The notes below the pieces were generated by a model. It worked only from the letters and a program-made list of their open reading frames with translations. It had not been told where the DNA came from and did no database searches. A stretch of DNA of 64,000 nucleotides from Lama guanicoe (lineage: Eukaryota): the NCBI GenBank assembly GCA_013239625.1, contig MU053810.1, forward strand, positions 2,181,518 through 2,245,517, in the 5' to 3' direction. The position numbers and the translations under genes are program-made. Shown here in pieces: positions 12,256 through 24,750 of this stretch. The first letter of the stretch is position 1. The number at the start of each line of letters is the position of its first letter.

Positions 12256-14604
12256 TATCAGGGACAGAAGCCTTTTACAAAGCTAATTATTTCATAATAT
12301 TTTTCAACATTTTCCTAAGTTACTGCTTTGCTCAGCTTTTCTAATTCTTCTAGCATCAATTTTGTCTACATATTTCTTTTTTCAAAAAAATCTATTTTAT
12401 TCATATGTTCCAGATTTGTTCATATAATGGCCTATTACAGGCTGTCAATTTATAGATAAGCTAATCAGATGCTGAGTTAAAGGTAACTATACATCCAAAC
12501 AGATGTTTAAAACTTAAAAGGAATGTATGAGAGAGTAAAAATAATGAAAATTATTTCAAATTATCAGGACAACTTTAATAATCAATTTAATATACATTAA
12601 CTATGCTAGCTCTCAAGATTTATTCTTTTTATATATGTTCTTAATAAAAGTTCTTTATCTTACAGAGCTGGGATCTATTAATGAAAAATAAATGAAAACA
12701 AATGAACCTATCATTATAATAAGATTTCACCAACAAATACTTTTTAGACATTTAGCTATGTAAGACACTAGGCTTCGAAAATTTTAACGGTGACATTTTA
12801 AATTAGACCTTCAAGTTAACAGAACATATTTGGATCCAGAAAGTAAATGAAGATTCTATTAAAAACATAATCGTTAAAACTCATTTCCAAATGGTATCAT
12901 AACCTTATCACTTAGTTATACAGCAAAGTGAGACATAAAAGATTATCTTCATATGATAAATCCCTAGGAACTGTCATTCTTCATTTCAGAAATAACTGGC
13001 CTTCTATTTCCTAGGTAAGAAGTGAAACATAATGAATCATGAGGTGATGAACCGGTCATCTAGTCTGACTAGACGTCTGATGAGTACAGACTGCTAAGTG
13101 TCAGAATTCTAGAACTACTGTGGAGATTTGTTGCTTATGGAGTCCCCAACTTCTTAGTCTATGCAACCCTGAAATATAACTATACTGCAACAGCCACAAA
13201 AGGAGGAAGGGTGGAAATAGTAGCAAATTATCAATTTAAAAATATTAAACAATTTAAATGTAGGAATGTCTATGGTCTTATTACGAAATCTTTCTTAGGC
13301 AACTCTGAAGAAAACAATTTAGCTTTCAAAAACCTCCCTGGATTAAAAACTTCTAACTTTTTGCTTATGGATAAAATGTGTCCCCAGCTGAAGGTCCTCA
13401 AAGCAACAGAGCGCTCTATACTCTATTACTTGAGTGACAGATCAATATTTGACAGGATATATGCATCCTGCACAGCACTGACATGCAGGAAAAATCATTA
13501 AAATGTTTATCAACAATTTGTTTTTACTCTTAAAATTTAAGATAGAAAACTTTACTAACAAATCAATCTACAGTAGCACACGTATGTATTGTATAAGTAA
13601 ATATAAAATATACCAGGGAATGAGCTCAGACTTTTATTTACTGATAGGGACTGCATGGTGAAAAAGAAGAGTTCAGAGCACTAAATCATAAACCTCTTGA
13701 TGGCAGAAACTACCCGGGTTTAGCCTATTCATCTATGTGTACCTAGAGCAGACTTTATGAGAGTATTAACTCTTTACAAAGTTACAAGGCAGGTTGTGAA
13801 TCCAGAACCTATCATCCTGCGCTCTCCCAGCACACAGACGTACAAAATTCCACTTAAAATGCTACCAGCAAAACACTGTCCTCTAATTACACTGTCACTA
13901 ATAGTGTAATCTCACACTGGCCTGATATATTTAAATCATTTCTCTCTTCAAAGTGTTTTTTCTGCCATTTTTCATCTTCCTTACTGACATGTCTATTGAT
14001 GTCACAACTGAATGTACGTTGTTGAACTAGGGTGCAATTTGAGGCAGGTTCAGGAAGTGTCTATTTTATTTACTTCGGATTGCACTTAAAGCTCCAAACT
14101 ATTCACACTTCAGCCACACATCCCCATGAATCAGGTATCTCATGGCTAACTCGGAATTTGGAACAATTTGGACCTGGGAAAGACCAGGGATAAAAACAAA
14201 GGTGGCTATGCAAATTTTAATGTAAACAAACTTGCAGGGGGTTTTTTTCATCAACATGGGAAAATAAACTCCCTCTGAATATCAGGTAGAACACTGAGAA
14301 CAACCAAGTCTATAAAATCAGTGTGTTTTTCTGCCTCACACTGGCCTTTGGCATAATCACTCTATTTTATTTTCAAGATACATCTTTGTGTAGACACCAA
14401 GATCTTATGAATAATATCTGAAGGAAAAAAACCAAGAAAAAATATTTTTAACTCCCTCTTCTTACAATCAGACATAAGCAATTTAATTGTGTTAAAAGAA
14501 AGGTGATATTTTAAATGAAAGTGAATATGACCACTGAGGAAACAAAAACAAATGTTCCTGTTATATTAATAAAATAAGAGGATCTGAAATGATACACATG
14601 AGAC

Positions 14605-15110
14605 GCAGTGGGCGTAGTGCTTAAAACACAGGGGCTGGGAAGGGATAAATTGGGAGTTTCGAGATCTGCAGATACTAATATACATATACATAAAATAGAT
14701 AAACAACAAGTTTATACTGTAAAGCACAGGGAACTATATTCAGTATCTTGTAGTAACTTATGGTGAAAAAGAATATGAAAACAAATTTATGTATGTTCCT
14801 ATATGACTGAAGCACTGTGCTGTACACCAGAAATTGATACAACATTGTAAACTAACTATGCTTCAATTAAAGAAAAAAACACAGGGGCTGGAGTAAACAC
14901 ACAAGTGAGAATGCAGGCCCCACTATTTACCAGCTCTGTGAGGCTGGGCAAGTTACTGAACTCAGAGCCAAGCATTCTTCATAAGAAATACTGAAATAAG
15001 GAAGACTGCACCCTTGATGGGCTTTGTGATGATTAAATAAGAGAATGTAACTTAGAGCATTGTAATCAGTGCACCTAAAGTAAGTGTTTAATAAATGCTT
15101 AATTTTATTG
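14605..15110 (+). mobile_element. MIR SINE interrupted by an L1 insertion
   Basis: gcagtgggcgtagtgcttaa...[L1]...ccactatttaccagctctgtgaggctgggcaagttactgaac...gtgatgattaaataag...taagtgtttaataaatg. Confidence 0.75.
14639..14875 (+). mobile_element. 5'-truncated artiodactyl-type L1 3' UTR with 16-bp target site duplication
   Basis: gggataaattgggagttt...agcacagggaactatattcagtatcttgta...tgtacaccagaaatt..acaacattgtaa. Perfect TSD AAAACACAGGGGCTGG at 14623-14638 and 14876-14891. Confidence 0.9.
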
Positions 15111-15709
15111 TCATTCTCTCAGTATTGTTGTCACGTAACAGGATCATAATAAACAAAAGATGTTTGGCATTAATACAATTCCAGAAAGTATTGGCCAAAA
15201 TATTGATATATTTCTGGGGGTCAGTAGTAAGATTCTTTTCCAAATGCCCTAACATGAATATATTATAATTAATAGAAACGAAATCATTTTAAATATTCAA
15301 AACTGAGAAAATATTTTGTGGCAAGAGAGGGCGTCTGACCTGGGTCTAAGTCTTGCTAGGAGTCTAGGCACCCAGATTTTCTGAGAGAATCGTATCTTTA
15401 TGAGAAAAGCATGCAATGTATTGGTTGAAAACATGGGTTCCAGTCCCACTGCTGACTGTGTCTATCTTAGTGATCCTGGATGAGTCTGTACAACCTCTAT
15501 AAGCCCTGCATCCTGTCTCTGCAAAAAGGAATAATAAAAGTAGCTCATTCATGTGGTATCTTAAAAACTCTTGCATTTCAAACTTTATGCTTTTATAAAC
15601 ACAGGAATCATGTCACCATGACTTTTTTAAAAAAAATATTTTGAACACATCTTATAATAAAGTTTCCGTATTAGAACTGTGTCCTCCTGGTGCATTAATA
15701 CACACAAAT

Positions 15710-17060
15710 AGATAAACTGTTCAGAGATAGACCCAAACAGATAAAGGGCATTCCAGCCAATAGGAAAAAGGAAGATGCCTTAGCAAGTAATGTGAGAACA
15801 ACATGGGGAAATATATAATTGGGTCTACTCCTCATACCTCACACCAAGATAATTTCCAAATGAGATCTAAATGTACAAAATGAAACCCTGGAAGAAAACA
15901 GCTGGACAGTGGGAAACCATTCGTATCTCAAAACCCAGATCCAACTAGGAAAAGAATGACGACACAAAGATAAATTTGACTACGTAAAAATAAGCAGCAA
16001 TTAAAATTAACATGTAAAAATAAAACACTGTAAGTAAAATGAAGATAGTAGGGAAACAACAGCAAAGTATCACGAAGGATTCTTAGCCCCAGTTTATAAG
16101 GGATTTGTGAAAACTGGAAGGAAAAGATCAACAGCCCGATTTAGACAAAAGACAAACACATAGTTCATAGAAGAAGAAATGCAACTGGTCCTCAGTACAG
16201 GAAAAGATGCTTAACTTCGCTAATGATATGAGAAATACAAATTAAAACAACGTGAGATCCCATTTTTTTACCTTTCAAATTAGCAAAAAAAAAAAATCCA
16301 AAAGCTTACAACGTACTCTGCTGGTGAGACTGGGAAAACTGGCTTTCTCATATATTACCGTTGGGAACACAAAACTGTTCAACTCCAGGGGAGGTGAATC
16401 TGGCAATATCTACAAAAACTACACACGCATTTACTCGATGACCCAACAATTTCTCTTGTAAAAATCAACCCCCCAAAGTACTAGTAAAAAAAAATATGAG
16501 ATAATATATGTACAAAACTATCCATTACAAGACTGATAGCAAAGGCCTGGAAATAACCCAAATGTCCATCAGCAAGGGACTGGTTAAATAAACCGCAGTG
16601 CAGCCACACAAGAGAGCTGTCAGATACATAAGGCAGAACTCCACATACTGCTCTGGGGTGCTCCCCAGGATACATCAATAGAGGAAAATGCAAGTACGGA
16701 AGACTGTGTTCTGAATGCCACCATTTGGGTGAGAAAGGGAAGCATACATGCTATATAAGCACAGCTATTCGCATGTTCAAGAAGAAATAAAGGAAAGATG
16801 AACCAAAACTACGAAGAAAAAAACAAAACAGTTTTTGTCAAGAAAGGGACAGATCAAGAAGGAAGAAATGGTGATAAAGTTGATATCTCTTCCAATATAC
16901 TTCACTTCATAGTTTTGATTTTGGAAAATCATGTAAGCATGTTATATAACTGAAAAATACAAATAACTCAAAAAGAAAAAAAGAGTAAACCTCTAAAATT
17001 AAAATCAAACTGAAATAAATGGACCAAACTGTGTATCAAATTAAGTAGCAGAACCACATG
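15710..17060 (+). mobile_element. Old L1M (L1MC/ME-like) ORF2 end and 3' UTR
   Basis: ctcacaccaagataatttccaaatg, aaaagatgcttaacttcgctaatgatatgagaaatacaaattaaaacaac, ggaaataacccaaatgtccatcagcaagggactggttaaataa. Confidence 0.8.
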
Positions 17061-17277
17061 GTAATGACAAGCCAGTAAAAATGGGTGATCAAAATATTAG
17101 AGAGTATTTTTAATCTGTGTTCACAGTCTGAGATAATCACTGAGAGTGAACGTATGCCATTTTCTAATTCAGGAAACAAATGTTGAGATTTTACTTAAAC
17201 TGTTAAGTGAATAAAGAGTAGTGTTGATCATGGCAAATTTTTCAGGTCTAAGGTGAAATCAGAAAAAAAATAAGGAT

Positions 17278-17400
17278 GGGGGGTGTGGGTATAGCTCTAG
17301 TGGTAGAGCGCATGCCTAGCATGCAGGAGGTCCTGGGTTCAATCCCCAGCACCTCCACCAAAAAATAAACAAACAAACCTCTCCCCTAAAAATAATAAAA
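17278..17400 (+). mobile_element. tRNA-Ala-derived camelid SINE (vic-1-like), copy 1
   Basis: GGGTATAGCTCTAGTGGTAGAGCGCATGCCTAGCATGCAGGAGGTCCTGGGTTCAATCCCCAGCACCTCCA plus an A-rich tail; A and B boxes visible. Confidence 0.9.
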
Positions 17401-17404
17401 ATCT

Positions 17405-17535
17405 GGAGGAGGAGGGTACAGCTTAAGTGGTAGAGCACATGCTTAGCATGCACAAGATGCTAGGTTCAATTCCCAGTATCACCTCCAAAAATAAAAAAAC
17501 CTAATTATCTCCTCCAACAGAAAGAAAAAAAAAAA
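17405..17535 (+). mobile_element. tRNA-Ala-derived camelid SINE, copy 2 (tandem with copy 1)
   Basis: GGAGGGTACAGCTTAAGTGGTAGAGCACATGCTTAGCATGCACAAG...GGTTCAATTCCCAGTA...cctaattatctcc plus A tail. Confidence 0.9.
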
Positions 17536-17904
17536 GTAAAGAGTCACCTAGAAAATATAAAGAAAAGACAAATTAAAAAGAAAGACAAATACACAAACTG
17601 TTATATATTCACATCTAAACAGACATATACATACTCCTATATTCCTACATACACACACAATCACATATACACACGTAATAAATACACACATATGAACATT
17701 GTGTGTGTGTGAGGTAGGCAATAACCCCTACCACAATTTTATGTGAAAAATGCACTTTTTTTTGGAAGTAAAAAATAGTTAAGTATTGGTCCTAAGTAGG
17801 TTCCCTCAAAAATTTCTTTTAATTTTTGGGCTCCAAATCAAATATCTGGACACCGTCTGACAAAGCAAACTCCACAAACACGAAGAAGCACAAGGCTCAA
17901 GAGA

Positions 17905-18090
17905 CAAGAGTGTGAAGCTGGGGAGCCAACAGCCAGGAATGGCATCTCCACTCTGCATCAGCCGGGCTGTGACTCTGGGCCAACAGCCCAACATCTGTGT
18001 GCCTTGCTGACTCCTCTGTGCCACAGGGACCCCAAGAAGGGCCCCACCCACCTCACAGGGTTGTTGCGAGGCTCCAAATGCACCAAGGGC
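17905..18090 (+). mobile_element. MIR fragment
   Basis: gctgtgactctgggccaac...tctgtgtgcctt...cacctcacagggttgttgcgagg. Confidence 0.55.
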
Positions 18091-19159
18091 TTCAGGAACA
18101 TGAAAAGCATGAGAGTTACGTATATATTCCATTTAACCAGGGTGTGTACTGCGATCCATCAATAAAGCCACAGAGTGTCACTTTACATCCCTCCTCCCCT
18201 CCACCAAAAAGCAAAGCGATTCATTTAAGAGCACTCAAGACAGAAATGAACCTTGACGGAAAAATCTAGCCTATTCCTTCTAATCAGCAGGACTGCATCG
18301 AAACCATTCTGGACAGACGGGTATTCAGTTCTATTTTTAAAGACCTTCAGGGAAAGAGATTCTACAAACTGCCTTGGCAGCTGATGCGCCAGTGCATTGC
18401 AGGATAACTTATAACTGTAAGAACAGTCAAGAAGGAAAGGGTCTCCAGGATGCAGCCCAGCGTGTGTGTGCACTCATGAGAACTCTCAACTCTGAAAATT
18501 GTAGCCATCCATTTGATTGCTCTTCCTCTTCCTTTTAATTATAATTGGTCCTTCAGAAAGCAAGTAAATTAAGTGCAGGGGTAAAAAAGAGAAGGCTTTG
18601 TGTTAATAAGAAAGATTCTGAATAATATAAAAGCATCATACCAAACATGTAGCAATAGAACGCTGCATACAGAAATAACGGTGGAGTGGAAGAGAGCATC
18701 TTCCCTCCTGGCACATGGTGGATGCTCAGTAAACACGTGTTAGGTGAAGACATCTGAGAAGTACACTCTGTCTCTTATCCCGTATCAATGAGGAGGTGAC
18801 CACAATGCAGCTGAGTTAGTGCTGAAGCCAGTTAAATCCACTGTTCCATCCTTCCACATGGTTACCGGCTCAGGCAGACTTCTGAACTTAGCTCCGGGCC
18901 ACAGAAAGTATCCAAAAACCCACCAACAATAGCAGGAGGGGGCAAATGGAAGATGAAACCCCACCTGATCACCCTTCCCTCGTCCTCTTCTAATTCCTCT
19001 GCCCAGAGAGGCATGCCTTCCAATTCTGTACAGAAGCACTATGTATGCTCCCATAAAGCCTTGCTGTGTCCACCTCAAGGTCTCCAAGATTTCACGACTT
19101 CCCTCTCAATAAAGAACAACTCCTGGAGACCAGAGAGCAAATCCAGAATCACTCCAAAT

Positions 19160-19346
19160 CAGTGACCGTCAGTTAGGGCAGTTCTGCCCCTAGGGCATTT
19201 GGCTATGTCTACACTTTTTATTGTCCCGACTGGGGGCTCATATTGGCATTTACTGGGTGGGGCCAGGGGTGCTGCTAAACCTCCTAGGATGCACAGGACG
19301 GCGGCCCCACAAAACTTTGTCAACAGCACCAATGTGAGAAGCCCTG
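19160..19346 (+). mobile_element. MER20 (hAT-Charlie) DNA transposon
   Basis: cagtg...ttctgcccctagggcatttggctatgtct...ggccaggggtgctgctaaacctcctaggatgcacaggacggc...tgagaagccctg. Confidence 0.85.
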
Positions 19347-19989
19347 TGCTACATTCAAGTCCTTTCTGCAGGGTCTCTGAGGCCAGGAAAGTTTTATCTA
19401 TGACAGTTCACAGTGACAGATCAGCTTAGGCATCCACCTCTTAACTTCCTGATCCCACAAATGCTTACAGAATGCCTCTCACTCTCTACCAGGCAGGCAA
19501 ATAAAAGGCACTGCCCTTCCTCAGAAAAACACACCAGCTAGCTGGAAAAGAAAGTGCAGAACATAATGGTATTTTGCTGGAAACTAAGAAACAAAAAACC
19601 CAGCAGGTTTTCAAGCACGTAACTGCATACAGTGTTTTTGCCATTTCTGATGAGATGAGTGAGAATACGGTCAGACAGGGCCTCCCGGAATAAGTCTAAA
19701 ATCCTTTATGTTACGGAAGGAAATTGAGAGAGAACGGGGAGACAATTTAGTTGAGTACACTCTCTGGAACACTGCAGAGTCCCTACAGAAAGAGATTATA
19801 AATAGTAGTTCAGTTCCAGGTCAGCCCAGAAACGCTTATTTAACCGTAATCCAGATGAGGTAATAAAGCCAGAGGCGTCCTGGGGTACAAGAGCCCTGAG
19901 CTTTGTGACTTGGAAGAAAGAAGGACAAAAAGATTATCTGCCCCATCTCCATAGACATTTTTTAAAACTAGTTCTCTTTTTTTTTTTTA

Positions 19990-20310
19990 AGCTTAAAAGT
20001 AAAGAACATAACAATTCAAGCTGTACCTAAAAAACGGGAAAAAAAAATCCTCTCTCAGCCCCAGGTTCCCAAGCTCCTTTCCCAGAGGCAGCCAAAGTTA
20101 CTGCTTATTCCATTTCCTCCAGAAATACTCTCTGCATATATTCATGCAAACAAATACACGGCTATATACCTTTAAAACCTTTCAACTTTATCTACAGAAA
20201 TGGGAGCATACTATACAGTCTGTTCTACACTTTCTTTTGAACTATAAATCTACCTTGTTTCTTTAACGGCTGCAGAATACTCCATCACATTGATGTACCA
20301 TTTGTATCAG
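19990..20310 (-). mobile_element. L1ME-type 3' UTR fragment
   Basis: ttcccagaggcagcca, aaatgggagcatactatacagtctgttctacac, ttctttaacggctgcagaatactccat. Confidence 0.7.
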
Positions 20311-21899
20311 CATTACGATGGCTCCTGGGAACATTTTGAAGAAAGCAAAAGTTTCCATTTCTCCTCTTACAAACCAGGACCCCAACCCCCTGGATTTCCC
20401 TCTCTTCAGTGTAAGACTCCCCCAAACCCTTCATTTTCTCTCTCTTGAATGCTTCTGCTCTATCTCCTTTCTGAAAGTGTCCACTTTCCAAAAGCATGCA
20501 CCCATCTCCAGCAAACATGCTTATCTCCTTTCAGAGTGGCTGACCTCACCAGCCTTATTTTGAAGGCAATTTGATGCATACTACTGATTATGTGAATTAC
20601 TGACAAGTGCTTAACCCTCACATTTAGAAAAGAAGTTTGTGAACTAAGTTCAACCCAATATCTGTAAATCCAAGCAGTACAACAAAATTTTAAAAACAAA
20701 ATAAGCTAGAACAGAAGCTGTCCAGAGTACACAATTTGAGGTTAAGGGTTACCATGCTGACTGCTGACTCATGTCAGGGAATCTAGGCATTAGGCAAAGA
20801 GAACTTCCTCTAACTAATGATATTTAGGGCAGTTTCTTCTTCATCTCTGGCTGAACACCCTACCATTCTCCCAAAGTTCTAAGATTTTTCACAAAACTCT
20901 TATTCAGTAGGCTGTCTGTAGGTATGATCACGCATAAACGGGTATTTGTAACATAGGGACCCACCCTTCTGAGACTCGTCACCAGTAAACTGAGAAAGAG
21001 CAGAAAAGAACATTTTGTTTAACTAAACTCTCCATTATACCTCTTATGAAATGCCATATGCCACACAAAAATACCAATATCTCTTCATCAGAGGCGCAGA
21101 AGACTGCCTGAGTAGCCACTGGCATCTTGCTGCTGCTCTATACACAGAAATAACTGTTCTCTTTTCATCAGGGGCAGGAGGGCTGCAGGCTCATTTCTGA
21201 AATTACATCCCTTTTGGAGAGAGACCCAACGGAGAAGCTTAAGTAATAGGGTAACATGGAACTCCAGGCATTATTTATATGAATGGCATTCTTCTGCCAT
21301 CCTTATGAAACTTGACTAACTTCTCAGAGGACTTAACTTGTGATTTGATTATACAGATTTCTGCTTCTTTTACAGTCCCTTTTCACTTTTCTTTTTTTTT
21401 TTTTCCTTTAGCTCCTATTGCAAGTTTTGCTCGTGAACAGTGAGCCAGAGGCTCTGCCGATACACCTATGTGGAACTCATCCCCCCTTTGTCCCAAGGTT
21501 ATTGACTATTAGACACTGTATTCTAGGGATTTCTATCCAATTCAATTCCCCAGATACTCATTACTAGAGGACTTAAGCTCCAAGAAAGACATCTGTCCCT
21601 CATTAGCTGGGGGAGCCAGGGAGACATTATTCACTGGATCCACGTGAACCAAGCGAGAGCATGGGTACCACGTGTGATCTTGCGTTCAGCCAGGGTCGGC
21701 AGCAGTGCCGCTGACTGCGCACCAGCTGGAGACTTGTGCTGACTAAGCTTGGCTCGCAGCGGTCAGGAGGGAGGCAGAGAAGAAGGCACACAAGGAGAGG
21801 AGACACAGCCTCTGAGCATCCTTGTCAGCAGCACAAGCTCTCAGCTAAGCCCTGAGCACTCAAACGAGGCGAGGGACAAAGGCCCCTCTCCTGCAACTG

Positions 21900-22220
21900 A
21901 TGAGCTTCGGGAAAGGCAAACAAGTGAACAGTCACAAGTGAGTGGGGGCAAGAAGAAAAGTGGCAGGTGCAGGGGGTCTGAGCCAGGCAGTGGCAGTGGG
22001 TAGAAAGGAGGGGTGAGAGACTTGGAGAGTCACTTCTCTGCGACAGATGATGGCATGCTGGGGGTGAAGGAGGAGAACAGGAGTTGAGGACGACTGAGGT
22101 TTCTGACTTTGGTGAGTAGATGGGAGGTGATGACACTAAATAAGACAGGAAATGAAGAAGAGGAAGGGCTGATTTCCGTTTGAGATGTACTGACCCTTAG
22201 ACGCCCACAGAACATCACAG
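21900..22220 (-). mobile_element. L2 fragment
   Basis: ggcagtggcagtggg...ggagttgaggacgactgaggtttctgactttggtga...gacaggaaatgaagaagagga. Confidence 0.6.
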
Positions 22221-22859
22221 TAGACCATAACCCTTTGAAATGTATATTAACTTTAAATTAGTCCTATAAAAATAAATCTTTTCTTCACGAGGATTCCTAA
22301 TGAAAGCTTAACAATCACAAGACAAAAGGAATGTGCCATCAAATATGGAATAATGGACTAAGTAAGTGCCTGCCAGCACCTGGTGCTAGCAGACCCAGTG
22401 CACAGAGCAAACGGTGGTCATTAGCGGTAAATAAGAAACATGAATGAGCTGACTGTTAGTCCTTGAGTTCAAGGCCAGGGAGAGGCCTTGCTATAAACTG
22501 TATCCTCAGTTAAATCAAAGCAAAGTCAGTAACTGCACATTAAAACCATACCCCGAGAGTCATAATTTCAACTGCTTGAGTTGAAGACCAAATTCTGTCC
22601 TTTAAGTGTCCATGTAAATATCCTTTGCTAGTGTAAACACAGAATAACTCAAGAGGAAGAATGCACAAAATGACTTCCATGTGGCGTGAGGTCCGGGGCA
22701 CAGCCTGCAGGCAGCCAGGGAGCCAGGGTTCAAGTCCCAGTTCCGCAGCCCTGAGACCTCAGATCAAGCGGCATCAGCCCTCCGAGGCCACGTTTCCCGA
22801 GCTGCCACTGCTCCTTGTGGAGACCAAGTATACAACTAAATATAAGCCTTTCTTACAGG

Positions 22860-23146
22860 CACAGCCCCAGGACAGTGGCCCCCCCCAAAAAATAGGATGG
22901 GAGCCACATTTTAATTTTTACCCATCTAGTCGCTACTTTTTAAAAGAAAATGTTTAAGAATCAACTTAACAATATAGTTTAACTCTATATATCCGAACCA
23001 TTATCATCTCAATATGTCGTCCATTTAAGTATCAGTTTTTAAAGCTGAAATGAAATTAAATATTCAATTCTTTTGTTGTACTCGCCACATTTCAAATACT
23101 CAATAGCCATTTGCGGCCAGTGGCTGCCACACTGGACATCTCAGCC
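22860..23146. mobile_element. MER33/MER3-like hAT-Charlie element
   Basis: gagccacattttaattt...ctagtcgctac...ctcgccacatttcaaatactcaatagccatttgcggccagtggctgccacactggaca. Confidence 0.75.
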
Positions 23147-23409
23147 CTTGGGTAAAAGAAAAACTCTGAAGACCACTCAGCCCATGCTTGCAGACACCCA
23201 CAAGAGGACTTGGACATGCACATGATACGACTGAGATGAGACTGGACTTGTGCAGAACCGATTTGTAAGCACTGAGAAAAGGGATTCGGAGAAAGGCAGT
23301 GGAAAGGCAGAGCACACAGAGCCCAGAAACACAGAGTCACAGAAAGTGGAAGCAACCCTCTGTGACCCTCCAGCCTTCTTGCCCCCAACCATAAACCCAC
23401 CTCTAACTC

Positions 23410-24750
23410 GATACATACTTTCTGCTTTCCTCCTGGTACAATGGAAGGACTACTCCTGGATCCGATCAAAACCAACCTCCACACCTGTGCTTAAATTCCA
23501 TCCCCACCATCCTCTTTTTGCTGTTATTCCTGTCTCTCCTGCATCACCAGTTTCTCCTCCTCCACTGGATCAGTGTCATCAATGTCCATTCAAACAACAG
23601 GCTTTAGTAGTTCCCGTATGAAAATAACGAACAAAAATGATAAATACAACAAAAATTTTTTCACCTAAGTTTACCTCCACCTTCCTTGCTACCCTTCCCA
23701 GCAAAACTTCTTGAACAATTTACCCCTATTCACTCTTTCCCATTCATCACCTCCCTTCCACTGCACTGCTCTCGCCAAGGTCAGCAGCTCCCTTGATGGT
23801 GCCAAATTTAATGAGCATTTCAACATCCTCCCTTTCTTTGACCCCCCTTCAGCAGCAGTTGCCAGTTGACCTCTGTCCTTTTTATAAACAGTCTCCTCCC
23901 TTGGCTTCTGTTTCCTAATTTACCCAATTCTCTGCCATCTCACTAGACCCATCTTGTCTTGTTCCTCTTTTCCTACCACATCTCTAAAGGGTGGAGAACT
24001 TGCAGCTTGGTCTTGGCCCCTCTTTTCATCTTCGTGCTTTCTTTCCAGGTGACCTCAGCTAATTTCCAGGGTTTTAAATACCATCTAAAGTCTGATGACT
24101 CTCTTAAACCTATACTTCCTTCCTGCTCTCTCCTGAGTTTCATGATGTAGAGAGAAGAGCTTAATGGTAGCTTCTGCTTGGATGTTCATAGTCAACCAAA
24201 CAGGGTTCCACTTGTTCCTTCTGTAGTCCTCCTCAATTAAGTCTCATGGCCAAGCCATTCAGTCATTTGTTAGAACCAAAATTGGGAGACACCTTTGTTT
24301 TCTCTGCTCCTTCAGTCTCAATATTTTGTTCTTCAGCATAAGGCTGAAGGACCCCTACCTCCAAAGTAAGCCCTGAAACTGTCCTCTTTTCCCCATTTCT
24401 ATTGCCACCAGCTTAGTCAATGCCACCACATCTTAGCTGTCCTCCATACTTACTCCCTGTGTTCATTCTTGGCACCAAGCAATCCAATTTTTTCACCCAT
24501 CAGCCAAGTTAATCTTCTTGAAAATGTTAATCAAATTCTGTCACACCCCTACTTTGAAACTTTCAATGGCCTCCATGATAGTGACAGTAAAAGCCCGAGT
24601 CTTTATCACGGCCCTGCCTAGTCTCCTCCTCCATCCTACATCACTTTCCCCTGCGCTGTGTCCAGCCTTCTCCTCGTGCTTACAACATACCAAACTCCTT
24701 CCCACTGCAAAATTTCTACACAGGCTACTCCTTCTGCCTTGAGCCTAAAT
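23410..24750 (+). mobile_element. L2 LINE fragment (~1.3 kb)
   Basis: ccaaggtcagcag...cttggcttctg...ttttaaataccatctaaagtctgatgactctc...ttcaatggcctcc, forward L2 body. Confidence 0.75.

Noticed and set aside
12990..13020. Recursive-splice-like motif cttctatttcctAG|GTAAGA
   Set aside because: It is on the + strand while NEBL is transcribed from the - strand; no evidence for a + strand transcript.
17278..17360. Apparent tRNA-Ala gene (and five similar copies)
   Set aside because: These are SINE heads with an extended 5' end, A-rich tails and TSDs, diverged from true tRNA-Ala.
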